DNA of 64,000 nt from Monocercomonoides exilis PA203 (lineage: Eukaryota; Protista; Preaxostyla): contig LSRY02000008.1 of NCBI GenBank assembly GCA_001643675.2, forward strand, positions 1,736,001 through 1,800,000, in the 5' to 3' direction. The notes under the pieces were generated by a model, which searched no databases, was not told where the DNA came from, and saw only the letters and a list, made by a program, of their open reading frames with translations. The number at the start of each line of letters is the position of its first letter. The stretch's first letter is position 1. Below are positions 62,344 to 64,000 of this stretch, one piece after another. A program made the translations under genes and the position numbers.

Positions 62344-64000
62344 AATTCCAATACCCCTAAAACTCTTTTCCTTCCTTTTTCGCTGCTCATATAAAGTATC
62401 TTGTTTAAAAAATGTGTAAAAGAACCTTCACTGCCAATGCCTTTTTATTATTAATGATCCTATAAAGCTCTTTCCCACGCTGATTCTGCTCATTGCCCTT
62501 CACTTTCTATCGTCTGATCTTATTCTGCTTTTCCTCGCTGTTTTAGAAAACGCAAGCAAAAACAATTTTGTTCAAACAAATAGAAAGAAAAAACAATAAA
62601 TCATATAAAAAATAGTCAAATAATATAATTAATAAAAATATCATACCTTTTTTATCCTTCAATCTTGCCAACTTTTGTCAAAGAATCACCGCATTCCTCG
62701 CTTCCTCGTCCCTTCCGTTATCTCCCGCAAAAACAAACCCTTCTGAAATAGACGCGGAGTGTGACCTCTATCTTCAAGCCTTTTATTTTGATTAATATTC
62801 CGAGGTATATTTCCATCTTCTTTTTAGAACTTTCTCCAAATTTTTGAATTATTTCCTCATAAAAGCCTCTCACATCAAGTTTTCTCTAAAATTCCTTTCT
62901 CTTTCTTTTTCTTCTTTGTTAGGCACACTTTCTTTTCTTCTTCTCAATTATTTGTGCATGTTTTTTGTCTTTTCATCATTTTCCCATTCTCTCTTTTTGC
63001 TTTCAACCACATTTGTCCAGCACTCCTTCCAAAACCTTCAAAATTATCTTTCTTTCATTTCATTTCGCATTTCTCCTCCAGCTCACTCCTCTATGCGCCC
63101 CTTCATTTATTTCATCCAGACTTCTTTTATGCATTTTTAATCCTCTCTTTCCATATTCCATGTTCATTCATTTGCATAAAATATCTTTGCAAAAACCCTG
63201 ATTTCAACAAAAATAATATATGAAAAATCGTAATAAAAAAATATATATTCATGCCTTTTATAGCAACCCCCCTTCGCGACTTTTTTCTTTCTACTTTTCT
63301 AAATATTTCTCCGTTCTGCCAACAAAGCCCATCTTTCCCGCCTTCGCTTCTTTTCTGCTTCCTCAAATAAATATTAATCAAACCACAACCCTCTATTCTT
63401 CTTCCACTCAAATAACCTCCACAAACTCCATTCCATAAAAAACTGGTAAAGAAGAAGATTCCATCTGAATAACCCCTTCCCATCTCTTTTCGCAAAACCT
63501 CTTCTTCTTCTCTCCATTTCCCCCCAAAACAACAACAATACCACCACGCCAAATATCACAGTCCCTGTCTCCCCATCTCCCATTCCCCTTCTTCCAACCA
63601 AAAAAATATAAATATCTCCATCCTTTTTCTGTCTCTTTCCATTGCAAAACACCTCCCATAGTCAGCTCCTCATCTTCCTCTGTCTCCACACCTCCAATGC
63701 AAAGTGCCAGCGCTGATGTTCCTTCTTCCCGTCTTCCTCCGCATCCGCCTCCAACACTTGTCCTGCAAATGAGAGGCGCGGCCAAACGGTCCTTTCAATA
63801 AAAAATTAAAAAAGATTAAAAAAATATCTCTCACTTTTTTTTCCCCTTCAACCCCGCTTCCCTCTCTAATTATACACGCACTCACAAAAATTTTTCTTCT
63901 TGTTCCGCCTCATATGAGCCCTCCTCTCTCTCCCTGCATTTGAAAATAAATAACACCTCCTCCACATATCTCTCCATTTCTCGTCCTCTCCTCCAATAAA

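Larger units (their letters stand above)
54358..64000. repeat. Large palindrome: arms >=4.76 kb (<=54358-59115 / 59241->=64000), 125-bp spacer
   Basis: All ORFs mirror around 59178. Substitutions seen only at 59060/59296 and 59112/59244, plus homopolymer differences. Confidence 0.95.

Noticed and set aside
1-64000. rRNA, tRNA or bacterial operon features
   Set aside because: None recognisable; introns, low coding density and eukaryotic TE relics indicate a protist nuclear region.

Overview
AT-rich eukaryotic DNA in the standard genetic code, with short GT-AG introns. The gene families resemble those of the oxymonad Monocercomonoides exilis; this assignment is my inference from recalled families, not a search result. 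The window is dominated by 12 paralogous ~1.2-1.9 kb segments ('cassettes') encoding a Cys-rich GGG/GGAI + FxxC repeat domain (predicted right-handed beta-helix, pectin-lyase/Pmp-like). A 13th probably lies just left of position 1. The cassettes lack an intact in-frame N-terminus (decayed upstream 'leader'), and most stop near the same 3' point, yet the ~400-codon central domain is usually open. That domain is hypervariable at fixed repeat positions and mosaic between copies: a 222-bp identical tract, swapped C-terminal modules, and shared flanks around different interiors. This suggests a silent donor archive for gene-conversion-based diversification of a surface receptor or antigen. Cassettes sit head-to-head around a decayed 'core' that keeps a nearly invariant ~37-nt motif with a GTATGT at fixed distance upstream. 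The tail-to-tail spacers hold transposon debris (pogo-like DDE_1, Merlin/IS1595-like, a ~256-bp MITE). The region is structurally unstable: an ~8-kb direct duplication, a 1.25-kb fold-back palindrome starting inside a MITE at the duplication breakpoint, and a >9.6-kb palindrome running off the right end. Many single-base frameshifts lie in homopolymers and are probably sequencing errors. All alignments were done by eye.
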